64,000 bases of DNA from positions 1 to 64,000 of the forward strand of contig CAXHJY010000377.1 of NCBI GenBank assembly GCA_964016885.1. The letters run 5' to 3'. Shown here in pieces: positions 25,588 through 38,999 of the stretch; position 1 is the stretch's first letter, and every line of letters begins with the position of its first letter. This DNA is from Eledone cirrhosa. Its lineage: Eukaryota. The notes beneath the pieces are model-generated. The model was not told the DNA's origin. It ran no database searches and saw nothing but the letters and a program-made list of their open reading frames with translations. The position numbers and the translations under genes are program-made.

Positions 25588-26953
25588 ACACACACATCTA
25601 TATATACAATCGCACACACATATACACATCAGCATTGTATGTTATATTGACAGATATAATGCATGTTTATGTATATAATCTATCATTTACTTCTTACTGT
25701 CATCATTCTCTTCATCGGCTCAGAAATATATTTACCCTCTATACCAGACTTGACAACATCAATGCTATATAACAAGACATCTCGAAAGAAATGATATTAC
25801 TATTTCGACATACTCATTATTATCAACATTATCGTTCTCCCATTAACATCATCATCCGATCATCATCATCGTAGCTATCTTCTCAACCATTTTCCTCCTC
25901 ATCATTCATGGAAGTTTACTTGTTCTGTATAATTATCTGCCACCATCGTCGTAAAGAAGCAAATACAGACACATATGTGGCACAAGATGGCAGACATAAT
26001 TTGGTCACCTGATCTTCTCAATATTAAATATTATATTAATCTAATCCAAATTACTCTATGTTGTTTTAAAACATGAAGGATACGTTGGATACTGTGTTTA
26101 ACAAACATACCAGGATTGGTGCCCCAAGGACACCATTGTGCATCAAAATTAACTGAGTAATGATAACAAAATATTAACAGCAGCAGCATTAGTTGTAGCA
26201 CCAGCTGTAGCAGCAGCAACAGCTGAAGTAGAAGCATATTCGATAAATTGTTACTGGGCAATCTCAGGACTTAAGAAATTATGAGGATAATATTATTGAA
26301 AGTTCAGTTTAACAATAAATTGCTTAATTTTACAATTAGTCAAACGTCAGAATGTCAAATGTTTAATTTGCGAGCTCACTTACCAGATTTATTCAATCAT
26401 AATATTATTTCTTTTAACATGAATTAACGGCGGCGAATTTGCAGAGACGTCATGCTGTATGACAAAATTCCTTGTTGTATGTATTTGGACTCCTATTAAG
26501 AGATCAGATGCCACCAGGTTCAATTTTGATTTTACTGTTTCCGTTCGGTGAATAAATTAACAGTTTAGAGAGTAGACTGGCTGGACTGTTAGAGAGATTA
26601 TTCTGATGCAACCTCTTCTGATGTTATATCAGTCAGTAAGTAACGGATGAGAAATCACACACTGTACATATCACTAGTTAACAAAGGATAGCATTAAATG
26701 AACTATGGTATCAACACACTAAGAGGAGGAAATACTGATGCTGTTAAATAAGGGTTAATGTCAATTGTAAGAAAGCCTGGACTCAGTCTCATTCAGTACA
26801 TATGTGGCTCTATTTCACATATATGAAGACTAAATTCAAATACATCGGCATTTCAACGCACAACATAGAGGATTGTGCAAGATCAATGGCTGCAATTGAG
26901 TGTTATGTTAAGTCTTTCCTATAAACTACTTATGCACTCTAGTAATTGAACAG

Positions 26954-27028
<75 letters not shown>

Positions 27029-27680
27029 AACTATTATTCCGCATGTGACTGCAAGACGTTTTATAAAATGTATTTAGTCGCGTATTTTATGTCACTAAAT
27101 TGAATAGTATGAGTTTGAATAGAATTGAATTATATTGATGTCAGAAATACAGATGTAGTAGAGTGAATCGAAACACTTTTCCAAGTGAAATAAGAAAGCA
27201 ACTACTAGAATATAATATGTGAATTGCTAGCTGCAAGTGAAAGTCATTTCCGAACTTTCTTTTACTTGGTTTGAAAATTTAGTGAAAATAAGCTTAAAGC
27301 AACAATCTAGTCTTCATTCGAACAAACCACAACATGGATAATGAATTTGTAGGAAAATTAATATATAAGTCGCTAGAAATTCACCTTTGCTCAGTCAATG
27401 TATTTACATTTCATATCGATTCCATATTATCTTGGTTATGTAAGGATGAAATTCATTCAATTCACTTACGTTTGTTTTTAGATAAACCAGTAATGAATAT
27501 TATGAATCATAATTGGGAAAAAATACAACTTGTCTAAGGAAACATGAGTTTAGCGTTCGTGATTGCTACCATTTTATACTCGGTCATTTTCTAATATAAC
27601 TTTTATTGTGTCAATCTTATTTTACAGACAGAAGTTATACAATGATAGAAATATGGAAAAGAAAGTTAAAAACAAAATTA

Positions 27681-27871
27681 AATAATTGTTTGTATTTTTG
27701 GCACAAGACCAGCAATTACCAAGTGCATTACTGGTACTTTATTTTATCGATCCCGTAAGGATGAAATGCAAAGTTAACCTCGGTGGGATTTGAACTAAGA
27801 ATGGAAAGGGCCCTAACTCTATGCTGCAAAGCATGGCGTCCGACAATCTACCGATACTGCCATCCGCCGCC
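27681..27871 (-). mobile_element. tRNA-derived SINE (family A)
   Basis: Matches reverse-complement consensus. Confidence 0.88.
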
Positions 27872-29226
27872 CAATGAAAAGAGGCGAGAAGGTAGAAGTA
27901 TGGAAAAGTAGAGGGAAGGACTATAAATGCCGTAAGTGAGAAGAAAAGGAGGGACAAAGCGTTGGCTCTTGGGCTACGGAAGGAAGGGGGGGGGGGGAGA
28001 CCGTGGTGTGCTCTAATCCTAGGACTGGGCTGTGTTTCAGCAGCGCCTCGTGGAGAATATTGCAAAGGCATTTCCTCGGACAATGGCCAGAGTCACCCGC
28101 TGCAAGAGCCACCCTACCTCGCAAGGCGGGTTGCTGATGTTCCGATTTTTCTAAGTATAACTACCCATTTCATATTGTTCTGTATGAAGCTGCTATATCC
28201 GTATAACAGGAAATCTGATCGAAATTTGTTAGGAAATATGTTTGAAAGTTGTTAATTAAGCTCTTTATCGATCTTGATGAAAATGGTAATAATAACGAAC
28301 ATGATTCTTTTGGTGCTCACCTTCATACATTTCCTCTTCCTCCTCGTCTCTCGCCATCACCTTCATCTCTCCATCTCCCCCTCTACCGCAACATCATCCC
28401 TAACACCACCATCACATAAATGGAATATTTCATGATATTATTAGACATTAATATTCTTTATATATGTTGTTGATGTTGTTGGTTAACCCTAGGTTAACTT
28501 AGTCTAATAAGAAAACAACTTATGATCAACATATTGTGACAATGGCGATTCTATCTATATTTTTTCTTTAGACATTTTCCAATGTCTGTCTTGTTAAAAC
28601 AGTCAGTTACGACATATCGCAGATTTGGCTGGCTGCTGTTTCTAACAGGTCAAGTAACCATATAAATGCCTTCCTCACCGATTCTCACCGTTTCTTATAT
28701 TTTCAATAGGTGACAAAATATGAAATAGTGATAATGACGATATTTTATTTCGATATACAGCTAGAATGTTGCCAAGATGGTGCTACATTAATTCTTTTTA
28801 GAAATATGTCCATATTTCTTATAGAAAATAAAACACGCGGAGAGAAAAGAAACTGTTAAGGCAGTATTTTAAAGACGTATATGTATTTATATAATCTGTG
28901 AAAATAGTTATACTGAATAAGTAAAAAAATATCTTAGCATTGGAGAATTAAAGATATTATTTTAAGAATATATACGATGTTTTCTTCGTGTTTTTAAAGT
29001 GATATTTTTTGGTACTCACATAATAGTTCCGCTTCAGTTATATCTGTGCGGGCATATGCACAATCACATAAGCACAGACGTCTATAAATACATTAAATTA
29101 TCTCTCTCTCTCTCCCTCTCTCTGTCTCTTTCCCTCTCTCACTCTCCCTGTATATATATATATATATATATACATTAAATTCTTTCTCTCTCTCTTTATA
29201 TATATATATATATATATATAAATAAT

Positions 29227-29270
<44 letters not shown>

Positions 29271-29294
29271 ACACACACGCATACTGAACACACA

Positions 29295-29331
<37 letters not shown>

Positions 29332-29867
29332 AATTTTGTATGTGTGTCTTTGCAAGATGTATTTGAAAGTGTTTGGTTATTTGCAGATAAAACTTTATCA
29401 TAGGTTTTTTTCTATGAAATTACTGCTGAGCTTGTCAATAATATGCATTAAAATAATCTATATCTATATCTTGAAAAAAATCCTACCATACAGACCAGTT
29501 ATTTTTTGCTTATTCTTCAATTTGCATTAATAAAACCTTCCTATCCATAATTCTGTTTATCTATTTGCTGCCAACATTTTCAGTTTTCCTATGTGAAAGC
29601 TCAGAAGTCGTTTGCTCACTACGGAAATGCTATGACTAAATACATCTTACTCCACAACATAATTAATATTATGAGCTGAAAAATGTATATTCAATATCAT
29701 ATGCCGTATATGCTTATAAGGAATACGAATCTCCTGATTAAGCAAAGTAATCTGTAACACGGCAACTTATGAATCCTTATTTGTGGTGGCCTCTTGTTTT
29801 TTTAGTATCTTTTTCTGGCTCCATATATTCAATTTGATATATTTGTGGCGTAAAAGATCTGTGAACA

Positions 29868-30140
29868 TTCTTCTTATTTGCTCACTTATTCCTGAGAGGG
29901 TCATGGGGACAGAATCCTCAAACACTCCCTCCAGCGGGCTCTGTCAGAAGCAACCGTCTCCAACTGATCCGATTGGATCCCCAAGCGAGATCACCGAAGC
30001 TCGTCGATTTTATCCAAATATCTTGCTCTGGGTCTCCTGCTGGTTGGTTTTACATACGGTCACGAATCTAGTGTAATGACCGAAAGAATACGATTGCGCA
30101 CACAAGCGGCGTTCCTCCGAATGGTCTTTATAGTAAAGTT
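29868..30140 (-). mobile_element. RTE-type LINE 3' fragment
   Basis: Homologous (reverse complement) to 58060-58330; (gaa)n-like tail. Confidence 0.65.
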
Positions 30141-30328
30141 ACTCGATAAAGTGCGTTGCTCGGAGATTAAAGAGTCATTCCAGTTAGAGGCGCTACTTCT
30201 ACTTCGTTGAAAACTATTTTTGAAAATTCCATATACTTACTAACATATCTATATTCGTTTCACGAACAAAATCTAGGTGAACGTCTTCTCATAAAATGCC
30301 TAGAGTTGAAATATCTTCCCGTCTACTT

Positions 30329-30378
30329 GTGAATATTTAATTACGTGAATATTTAATTACGTGAATATTTAATTACGT
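30329..30378. repeat. 16-bp tandem repeat x3 (gtgaatatttaattac)
   Basis: Exact units at 30329, 30345 and 30361. Confidence 0.9.
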
Positions 30379-30522
30379 ATATTTGATAGTGATATTATTG
30401 CCACATAAGAGTATGTTACGAAGCCAACGCCGTATGTATGCCACTTATTAGACAGCTATTATCTGAGAAGATGGAGCAATCCTCTTTCTATGTATGTATA
30501 TATATATATATGTTCTTCTGAG

Positions 30523-30705
30523 GGGGGTGGATTAGCTGTATCGGTAGAGCATCCAACAACATTTGAAGCATAGCGTCCTTACGTTCTGATTTCAAACTCA
30601 GCGAGGTTAGTTTTGACTTTCATCCTTACTAGGTCAATAATATAAAGTATCAATAAGTACAGGAGTAGTTTTAATCGATTGTTCCCTCCCCTTCAAATTG
30701 CTTTA
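30523..30705 (+). mobile_element. Old SINE-A copy
   Basis: ggtggattagctgtatcggtagag..ttttgactttcatcctt; diverged. Confidence 0.7.
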
Positions 30706-31371
30706 TACATGTGTATATGCAGTTATTCCATACAGAATTTCTGCAAAGTTTTACATATATTTACATTAATGGACATTACTAGCATCTTCCTATCTAGCCG
30801 TAATCACTCTCTCTCTCTCTGTCTGTGAATCCCAGCTTCTCAGAATTTATACAGGAGTAGTTAGTAACGTATCCAATATTCCCGTGAACACAGGTCCAAT
30901 TCTAAGTATAGTCAGAGTGTATTATCTGCAGATTCCTCAATAGTTCAGCACAAATAGTCTTACTTTCCGAGATATTTAGCATTATATTGACAAATTTGAG
31001 GAGAAGATTTCCATTTCTGTGCACGTCTTCTTTTCTCTGTCCCATATCACTATGTCTGGTTTGTTGTTTTGGCATTGCTGGGGCTTTTACTAGAACAGAT
31101 AAACAGTATTATTTTATATTATGTATGTATATGACCTCCACATTGCTGTAACTGCTTAAGTTTATTGTCGGGGATATCAGTTCGGCGCATTGCATTGTAG
31201 ATTGTTTTAGTCAAATACTTCATGCCACATAGTTAGACAGCTGCTTAATGTAATGGTAATGATGATGATGACAACAGTGATAATGATGATGACATTGATG
31301 ATTATGATGAGGATGAAGAATAAACCTGTAACAACAGAGTGAACTGACCGATGTCTACTGTTTCTACTTTA

Positions 31372-31605
31372 TGTCAAGTCAGTCAATCATATTGATGGCC
31401 TCCCCACAACCCCGGCGGACAGGATAGAGAAGGCGTTTCCTCGGAGGACGGCAAGGGAGACGCGCTGAAAGAGCCATTCCAACTTGCGAGGCTCACACCT
31501 GCGGCTGGCCAGCTCAGTGCCTATGGTGGTGAGTAGGAGGTAGCCATAGGGTCGAGGACACCAGACGTCTCCACTGCCAAGGGCACGACCGGAAACCTGT
31601 CGGAA
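31372..31605 (-). mobile_element. CRE-like LINE 3' fragment
   Basis: Close match to 9640-9870. Confidence 0.8.
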
Positions 31606-31807
31606 TATGATATGAGTAACATGTCCGGTGTAAACATCAGCCGATGTATACTTCAGAAAATACTAATATTTTCAACCGTGTCACTGTTGAACAAAAGGAT
31701 GACGATTGGTCAAGGCACAGCACAGTTTTGTCGGGCCGTTTGCTTGTAAACGAATCGAATATAATTATTAATGTTCGATATAAACCATACGTAAGTAAGT
31801 ATATCTA

Positions 31808-31937
<130 letters not shown>

Positions 31938-31971
31938 TTAGAGAGAAATAGAGAGAGAGTGATATATATGA

Positions 31972-32657
31972 TGACATCTTGTTTATTGTCGTTCCCGTCT
32001 GCCGGGGACACGAAGGTGACTGTGAGGCCGATCCTTGATTTGCAGGTCCGGGGACAGGGGGGGGGGGGGGCAAGGGAAGAGACCGGAGTCAGACTGGCAA
32101 CTCCCAGAGGTTACCACCACCTTTCGCCCATCGCTGCAGGGCTTTGGGAGTGCACGATAAAGAAGAAACCTGTGCGGGAAAGGTTTATAGTGGGAGGGCC
32201 AGTGCACAGTGACGGTCCAACTCACTCGGCCGCAGAAGCCAGAATCTGGTGGTACGGAGAACCGTCACGACCAGGGACTTCCTTGGTTGCAGTGGATGGC
32301 CACGACGTCTGTAGTGCCTCGCCGTTCACTAGCGCTCCACGCCGCTCGCTGTCGCCTCCTTCGTGACAGTTGGAACGACGTTTTCCTCCTTCACTCACTC
32401 CGTCGGATCCAGTCTTCGCATGCAGGGGCAGGTATCCCCTATCTAACTCACCGGAGGGTTTCAGACCCGTCCGGCTACCCTCAACCTGGTTCGGCCAGCC
32501 AGCCAAGGTGGTTTACCGGGGTGTGGCCGCTGTTGCATTTTACAGCTTCTTGGGGTCACAGGTGAGAGCTGAGTGTCAGGTGGCACCCAATGCAGGTGGA
32601 GCTGTCCTGAAAACGGCATGGCTAACCCTCCCTACATGGCCCTCCCTGACACCCTAG
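31972..32657 (-). mobile_element. Internally deleted non-autonomous RTE derivative (GC-rich 5' UTR fused to terminal zinc-finger remnant)
   Basis: The 3' end reads CPRTCKSRIGL.SHLR (with a frameshift), the typical RTE/BovB C-terminal motif. The remainder is GC-rich RTE-like 5' UTR with no APE or RT. Confidence 0.6.
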
Positions 32658-32714
32658 GTATATACACACGCATATACATACACATACATATGTACATGTG
32701 TATATACATATTTA

Positions 32715-32912
32715 CACATTTTTGGATGGCCATTAACTCTTATGAGTTATTCCGCCCTTTTGTCAGGTTTTGTTTCTTGTCCTGCTGGGTGTCCAAAATA
32801 CCCTCCTCACCAAAACTTGGTGGAGTTGCCAGTTTTGTCACCGACGAGCCGACCATGCGACAGGTTGTACTGGTTTACATGTTACCAGTAGTACTAAAAA
32901 ATGACCTGACAT
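32715..32912 (-). mobile_element. 5' segment homologous to 40052-40250
   Basis: The reverse complement gtcaggtca..tactggtaacatgta..ccagtacaacctgtc..ctggcaac.ccaccaag..ggtgaggaggg matches 40052 onward. Confidence 0.75.
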
Positions 32913-32915
32913 CAG

Positions 32916-32951
<36 letters not shown>

Positions 32952-33965
32952 AATAGATAGATAGATAGATATAGAGAGAGTGAGAGAGTGAGAAATAATG
33001 AGAGAGAGTGAGAGAGAGAGTGAAAGAGAGAGACAGTCTTTTAACAATGAGACAAATCACTTCCATTGGGATTTAGACAAAATTAACGAGGTAATTATAT
33101 AAGTCTGTTAGGAAATGTTTTCAGGTATGTGTGTCAGCACATGTGTGGATCCGATGTTTTTAATTATATATGCTCATCTATATATATATGTTTCTATATC
33201 GAAGCATGGTTTTACAATTCCATTAATGGACTGTATGTATTAATGTTTGTATCAATGAAGGTATAGATGTATGAGGGAGCTTATAGATAGGACAACACAC
33301 GCTGTCTCTTCGTGGGGTAAGTTTTTTTTTAATTCTTGTATTCTGAAACATCAAAATACAACAATTTGTTGGTTACTGGACTCGGGAATGTCACGACAGA
33401 AGTTTGTGGAAGTTACACAAATATTTTAGTATATTTTAGCAGAGCAATCCTTATTTATATTTTACATTTACTTACATCTCAATATAACATGGCTAGAATT
33501 CAAATTTTGCTAAGAGAAGAAAACGGTCAAATGAACTAGATACATCTCACTGTCCACACCACCACAATAACGTCTACACTCTCTCCCCACCATCACATGT
33601 CATTACCATACCATACCCTATCGAGACTAAAGTCATCGACCTGTTGTCAAACTCTCTACTCTCTGATGAATGTATATATATATATGTGTGTGTATGTATA
33701 TGTGTGTATATACATCACTCAGTCAAACAACCAGATTTCAACCCCAACATCTACAACAACAACAACACCGGCACTAATGTTTACAGCAACAACAGCTTCA
33801 GAATGAACTGAAATGAACATTTACAACAATTACAACAACAACAACAACAGCGGCATCAAAACATAAAAAAAGGAAGGGAAAAGAAAAAAGAAAAAAGAAA
33901 AAGGGAAGGGAAAAAAAAAAAAGGAGGAAAAAAAAGAAAGGAAAAAAAAAAAAACTCAAAATAAC

Positions 33966-34026
<61 letters not shown>

Positions 34027-34463
34027 CAGAACAACAACATCAACTGCCACCACCACCACCACCGCCACCGCCGTCGCCATCACCATCACCAGCGACCTTA
34101 AGAACAACTTTAATAATAATTTTTCTGCTTTTGGCACGGATCCAGCGACTGGCCAGCGCATCACTGGTACTCTCTTTTGTTGACTCCGTGGAGAGCCATA
34201 ACTCTATGCTGTAAAGCAATTATAGTAATACTGGACTGTAATACGATCGGCTTCAACTATACAAACTCTTGAAAGTCAACAGTTGACATAATCTGGTAAT
34301 CTTGTATCAGTAATGACGGTAATATATATATATATATATGTGTGTGTGTGCGTGTAAGTGAGTAGAGTAGCGTGTGTGTGTGTTTGTTGTGTGTGTGAGT
34401 GTTGCTGTGTGCACGCATATGTATGCGTGTGTGTGTATGTCGTACGTATAAGTGTCAATAAGT

Positions 34464-34494
<31 letters not shown>

Positions 34495-34496
<2 letters not shown>

Positions 34497-34797
34497 GCGG
34501 GGACATAGAAATAATCGGGCTGGATGCCCGATCGCGCAGTTAAACCACTGGGAGTGAAGAACCCCTAGCCCATGTCAGGGTATTCTTCTAGGAGAAGGCA
34601 TCTCAGGAAACTGGGTTAACTCCGATATAAAACCTGCGGCTCAGTAGTTACCGATGATGTTGATCTTTTCTTCTTTTCGGGTTATAGCTACTGTCGCTCA
34701 GAGAGTGGGATTGGTTCAGTGCACAGTCTTTCCTCACTTTAAAAATATTCGTCACGCACAGGCATTGCACGAGTGCATTAATAATTATTAATAGTGT

Positions 34798-34835
<38 letters not shown>

Positions 34836-37800
34836 TATTATTACTTTTTTTTTTTTTTTTTTTTTTCCAATTCAATGATGTTCCAGAACAATGTAAACGA
34901 GATAATTGCCAATTTGGGTTCTGGAACAAAAAGGATCATTGGCAATAAGGGCAGGGGCCCCAAGTTATCACAACCTGGGCCCGCCCGTCATCGTGCCATT
35001 GTAATAGAGCCAAACAGGGCATTTAGTCTTGGCTGCTGGAACGTACGGACGCTGCTTGACAGGGATTCTTTGCAGAGTCCTGAACGAAGGACCGCTCTTG
35101 TTGCGAAGGAGCTTCGACGTTACGATCTTGACATCGTGGCTTTGTCTGAGACGAGGTTAGCTGGAGATGGTCATCTTACGGAATTTTGTGGAGAATATAC
35201 ATTCTTCTGGAAAGGAAGAGATGAAGGAACCAGAAGAGAGGCTGGGGTAGGATTTGCTGTTAAGACTGTACTGGTGAATAAATTAGAAGAATTCCCAGTG
35301 GGGATTAGTGAGCGTCTTATGTCCATGAGAGTTCCGCTGGACAGGGGAAGATATGCTACCCTGGTGAGTGTGTATGCTCCAACTATGAATTCTGTCGATG
35401 AAGAAAAACTGTCCTTTTACCATGCCTTGAAAGGTGTTTTAAGAAATATCCCTCAGGCAGACAAAGTCATCGTGCTTGGTGACTTTAATGCTAGAGTGGG
35501 TAGGGATTTTAACACATGGAATGTAATCGGAAGGCATGGGGTGGGAAAGTGTAACAGCAATGGTATGCTCTTGCTGCAGATGTGTGAGGAGCTGGATCTG
35601 TGTGTTACCAACACCATGTCGCAACAAAAGAACAAATTCAAGACCACATGGATGCATCCTGCATCTAAGGAATGGCATCTTTTGGACTACGTCCTAGTCA
35701 GGATGCGTGACAGACGGGATGTGCAGTGTGTTCGTGTTCTTCGTGGAGCTGAGTGCTGGACGGACCACCGCCTGGTACGCGCAAAAGTGAATCTAATCAC
35801 CAAACGTAAAATCCGGGCTCCTGGTGTTACCCTGCCCAAAAGATTGAATGCTGCTCGTCTTAAGGATAAAAATGTGAAGAGGACATTGGAAGAAGAGATG
35901 CAGGCTGCAGATCTTGGTGAGGATTGGCCGACCCTTAAAAAGTCGGTTTATGATGTAGGCAGACGTGTTCTGGGATTGGTGCAGAGAAAACATCAGGACT
36001 GGTTTAATGAGAAAGATGTGCATATAGATGACTTGTTGGCTGATAAGAGGCGCGCTCTGTCACGCTACTTGACGGCAAAACCACAGGAGAGGAATACGTT
36101 GCATGAGGAGCTCAGGGATGTAAAATCACGTGTTAGGCGGAGTCTTTCTCAGATGAAGGATCAGTGGTGGAGTGAGAAGGCTGGTGAGATACAAACTGCG
36201 TCTGATTGCAATAACACAAAGCTGTTGTACAGTCTCTTGCGTGAGGTTTATGGACCGTCTTCTTCTCTGGTGACACCGATTCGCAGCAGGGATGGCAAAG
36301 AACTTCTTCGTGACTCACAGGGAATTCTACGAAGGTGGCGAGAGCACTTTGATGATCTTTTGAATCAGCCGTCTGTCGTCGGTGAAGATTTCCTCAATCT
36401 CATTCCGGAAAGTCCTGTGAAAGTAGCTCTCGCAGAACCTCCGACACTTGTGGAGGTTGCAGTGGCTATTTCGAAGCTGAACAGTGGAAGATCTCCAGGT
36501 ATGGATGGCATACATGCTGAGCTCCTACAATATGGTGGTGAGAGACTCCTGCAACATCTTCACTCTCTGTTTGGAAGGATATGGGCTAATGAATCCGTGC
36601 CTGAGGACTGGAGAGATGCGGTAATGGTGGTCTTGTACAAGGGAAAGGGTAACAGGAATGATTGTGGGAACTACAGAGGTATATCATTGCTTTCTGTCGT
36701 GGGGAAAGTTTTATGTAGGGTGCTTCTGGACCGTCTGCTGACACACATTGCAGATTGTGTCCTTCCTGAAAGTCAATCTGGTTTTCGTGTTGGACGCGGC
36801 ACTACTGATATGATCTTCTCAGCTGGACAGCTCCAGGAGAAGTGCATTGAACAGGGCTTGGATCTGTATCAGGTTTTTGTCGATCTGACAAAGGCTTTCG
36901 ATACTGTCAACAGAGATGCATTATGGAAGGTTCTCCAGAAACTTGGTTGCCCTGATAAGTTCCTTGCTTTAGTTAGGTCTTTCCAGGACGACATGAAGGC
37001 TTGGGTTAATGTCGGAGGTAACATGTCGGAGCCTATCTCAGTAAAAAATGGAGTGAAACAGGGGGATATTCCAGCACCGACCCTGTTTGCCATATACTTT
37101 GCAATGGTTTTCTGTATTGCATTCAGGAATTGCGAGCATGGTGTTTACATCCGATATCGAACCTCAGGCAGCGTATTTAACATCAGGCGCTTTGCTGCGA
37201 AGACAAAAGTATTTACATCAGTCATAAGAGACCTCTTGTATGCAGATGATTGCGATCTTGTAGCGCACACAGAGAGTGATATGCAGCACATTTTGAATGT
37301 ATTTTCTGACGCTTGCACTGCCCTGGGTTTGACTGTCAGTCTCAAGAAAACCGTCGTCATGTACCAACCTGCACCTGGTAGGCAGTACACTGAACCAAAC
37401 ATCTATGTGTATGGCAAACGACTTGGAGTGGTTGATCAGTTTGTCTACCTGGGAAGCACTGTCAATCGATACGGCAACCTTGACAGTGAAATCTCACTTA
37501 GGATTAGGAAAGCAAGTGATGCTTTCGGAAAGCTAGAAAGGCGACTCTGGGGTCGACGAGACATATGCAGGAGGACAAAGGTAAGGGTGTACAGGGCATG
37601 TGTACTCTCTTGTCTTCTTTATGCCTGCGAGACCTGGGTCACATATCGACGCCACCTTAAGCAATTGGAGCGTTTCCATCAGATGTGTCTCAGACGGATA
37701 CATGGCGTTCACTGGAGGGACCACATCAGTGATGTCGAGATTTTGGAAAGCTCTATGTGTGACAGTATAGAAGCTCTTGTGCTTAAGCAGCGACTCCGTT

Positions 37801-38428
37801 GGAGTGGTCACCTTGCCAGGATGAAGGATTCTAGAATACCAAAACAACTCTTCTATGGAGAGTTGGTTAAAGGAAAACGACCGCCACATAAACCAAAAAA
37901 GAGGTATAAGGATTCCTTGAAGGCCTCTCTGAAAGACGCTAACATCTCTGCTGATACATGGGAAAATATTGCTGCTGATCGTAGTAAATGGAGAAAGACT
38001 GTATATGAGGGAAAAGTTGCCTTTGAGGCATCTCGAATCGCACACGAGAAAGTAAGGCGGGACGTGAGGAAGGGTATTGCTGTTGCACTTCCAGACGGCG
38101 AGGGTCCTCCTATGTTTCTGACATGCAGCGTCTGTGCGAGACTCTGCCTAAGCAAAGCTGGACTCGAAAGTCATCTTCGCAGTCATAAAGTAAGACCAGT
38201 GGTTGACTACCAGGCTGCTGTTGGAGATGCTACTCATCATGCTTGCCAAACATGTGGTAGAGAATGTAAATCAGCAGGAGGACTCAAGCGACATGCAAAA
38301 GTACACGAACTCCAACCACAGCCGACTATTCCCAGTAAATGTTTTGGTTGCCGACTCTGTGCAAGACATTTTAGATCATTGGCTGGGCTAAAAAGCCACA
38401 TTCGATCGCAGCACTGTTAGTTGCTATC

Positions 38429-38472
<44 letters not shown>

Positions 38473-38551
38473 GCTTATGTGCGTGCGTGTGTGTGTATAT
38501 ATATATGAATATGTATATTATTATTGTTGTTGTCGTTATTATTATTATTGC

Positions 38552-38600
<49 letters not shown>

Positions 38601-38722
38601 GTTATTAATGTATGTGTGTATATATGTGTGAGTGTATGTGTATGTATGTGTGTGTGTATATATGTATGTATGTGTATGTATGTGTGTGTGTATATATATG
38701 TGTATGTATATATATGTGTATA

Positions 38723-38755
<33 letters not shown>

Positions 38756-38787
38756 CTTTTCCCTTTTTTTTTTTTTTTTTTTTTTTT

Positions 38788-38832
<45 letters not shown>

Positions 38833-38905
38833 TTATTTATTTTTTTTTTATTTTTTTTTTTTATTGTGCAATGGCCATACTCGATAACGAGGGGGCAGCC
38901 ATCAT
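34495..38905 (+). mobile_element. Full-length-ORF RTE-clade LINE (5' UTR, ORF, microsatellite-invaded 3' UTR, terminal tail)
   Basis: 5' UTR motif ctaggagaagg..actccgatataaaacc, the 1181-aa ORF, and tail atggccatactcgataacgagggggcagccatcat at about 38870-38905. Confidence 0.9.
34875..38420 (+). CDS. RTE LINE polyprotein: APE endonuclease, reverse transcriptase and three C2H2 zinc fingers
   Basis: APE: WNVRTL, LSETR, YAPT, GDFNAR, DY, TDHRLV. RT: NYRGISLL, QSGFR, FVDLTKAFD, GVKQG, YADD, YLGS, LRWSGH. Fingers: CSVC..HLRSH, CQTC..HAKVH, CRLC..HIRSQH. Confidence 0.97.
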   Translation: MMFQNNVNEIIANLGSGTKRIIGNKGRGPKLSQPGPARHRAIVIEPNRAFSLGCWNVRTLLDRDSLQSPERRTALVAKELRRYDLDIVALSETRLAGDGHLTEFCGEYTFFWKGRDEGTRREAGVGFAVKTVLVNKLEEFPVGISERLMSMRVPLDRGRYATLVSVYAPTMNSVDEEKLSFYHALKGVLRNIPQADKVIVLGDFNARVGRDFNTWNVIGRHGVGKCNSNGMLLLQMCEELDLCVTNTMSQQKNKFKTTWMHPASKEWHLLDYVLVRMRDRRDVQCVRVLRGAECWTDHRLVRAKVNLITKRKIRAPGVTLPKRLNAARLKDKNVKRTLEEEMQAADLGEDWPTLKKSVYDVGRRVLGLVQRKHQDWFNEKDVHIDDLLADKRRALSRYLTAKPQERNTLHEELRDVKSRVRRSLSQMKDQWWSEKAGEIQTASDCNNTKLLYSLLREVYGPSSSLVTPIRSRDGKELLRDSQGILRRWREHFDDLLNQPSVVGEDFLNLIPESPVKVALAEPPTLVEVAVAISKLNSGRSPGMDGIHAELLQYGGERLLQHLHSLFGRIWANESVPEDWRDAVMVVLYKGKGNRNDCGNYRGISLLSVVGKVLCRVLLDRLLTHIADCVLPESQSGFRVGRGTTDMIFSAGQLQEKCIEQGLDLYQVFVDLTKAFDTVNRDALWKVLQKLGCPDKFLALVRSFQDDMKAWVNVGGNMSEPISVKNGVKQGDIPAPTLFAIYFAMVFCIAFRNCEHGVYIRYRTSGSVFNIRRFAAKTKVFTSVIRDLLYADDCDLVAHTESDMQHILNVFSDACTALGLTVSLKKTVVMYQPAPGRQYTEPNIYVYGKRLGVVDQFVYLGSTVNRYGNLDSEISLRIRKASDAFGKLERRLWGRRDICRRTKVRVYRACVLSCLLYACETWVTYRRHLKQLERFHQMCLRRIHGVHWRDHISDVEILESSMCDSIEALVLKQRLRWSGHLARMKDSRIPKQLFYGELVKGKRPPHKPKKRYKDSLKASLKDANISADTWENIAADRSKWRKTVYEGKVAFEASRIAHEKVRRDVRKGIAVALPDGEGPPMFLTCSVCARLCLSKAGLESHLRSHKVRPVVDYQAAVGDATHHACQTCGRECKSAGGLKRHAKVHELQPQPTIPSKCFGCRLCARHFRSLAGLKSHIRSQHC

Positions 38906-38999
38906 ATATGTATATATGTATGTATGCATGTATTAATTTTTCTCTTAATTTCGAGTATATTTTTTGACCGGCCACCTTCCTGGTGGCAAGGTTGTAAAA

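Noticed and set aside
35439-38391. Antisense and alternate-frame ORFs within the RTE
   Set aside because: They are shadow ORFs of the LINE coding sequence.
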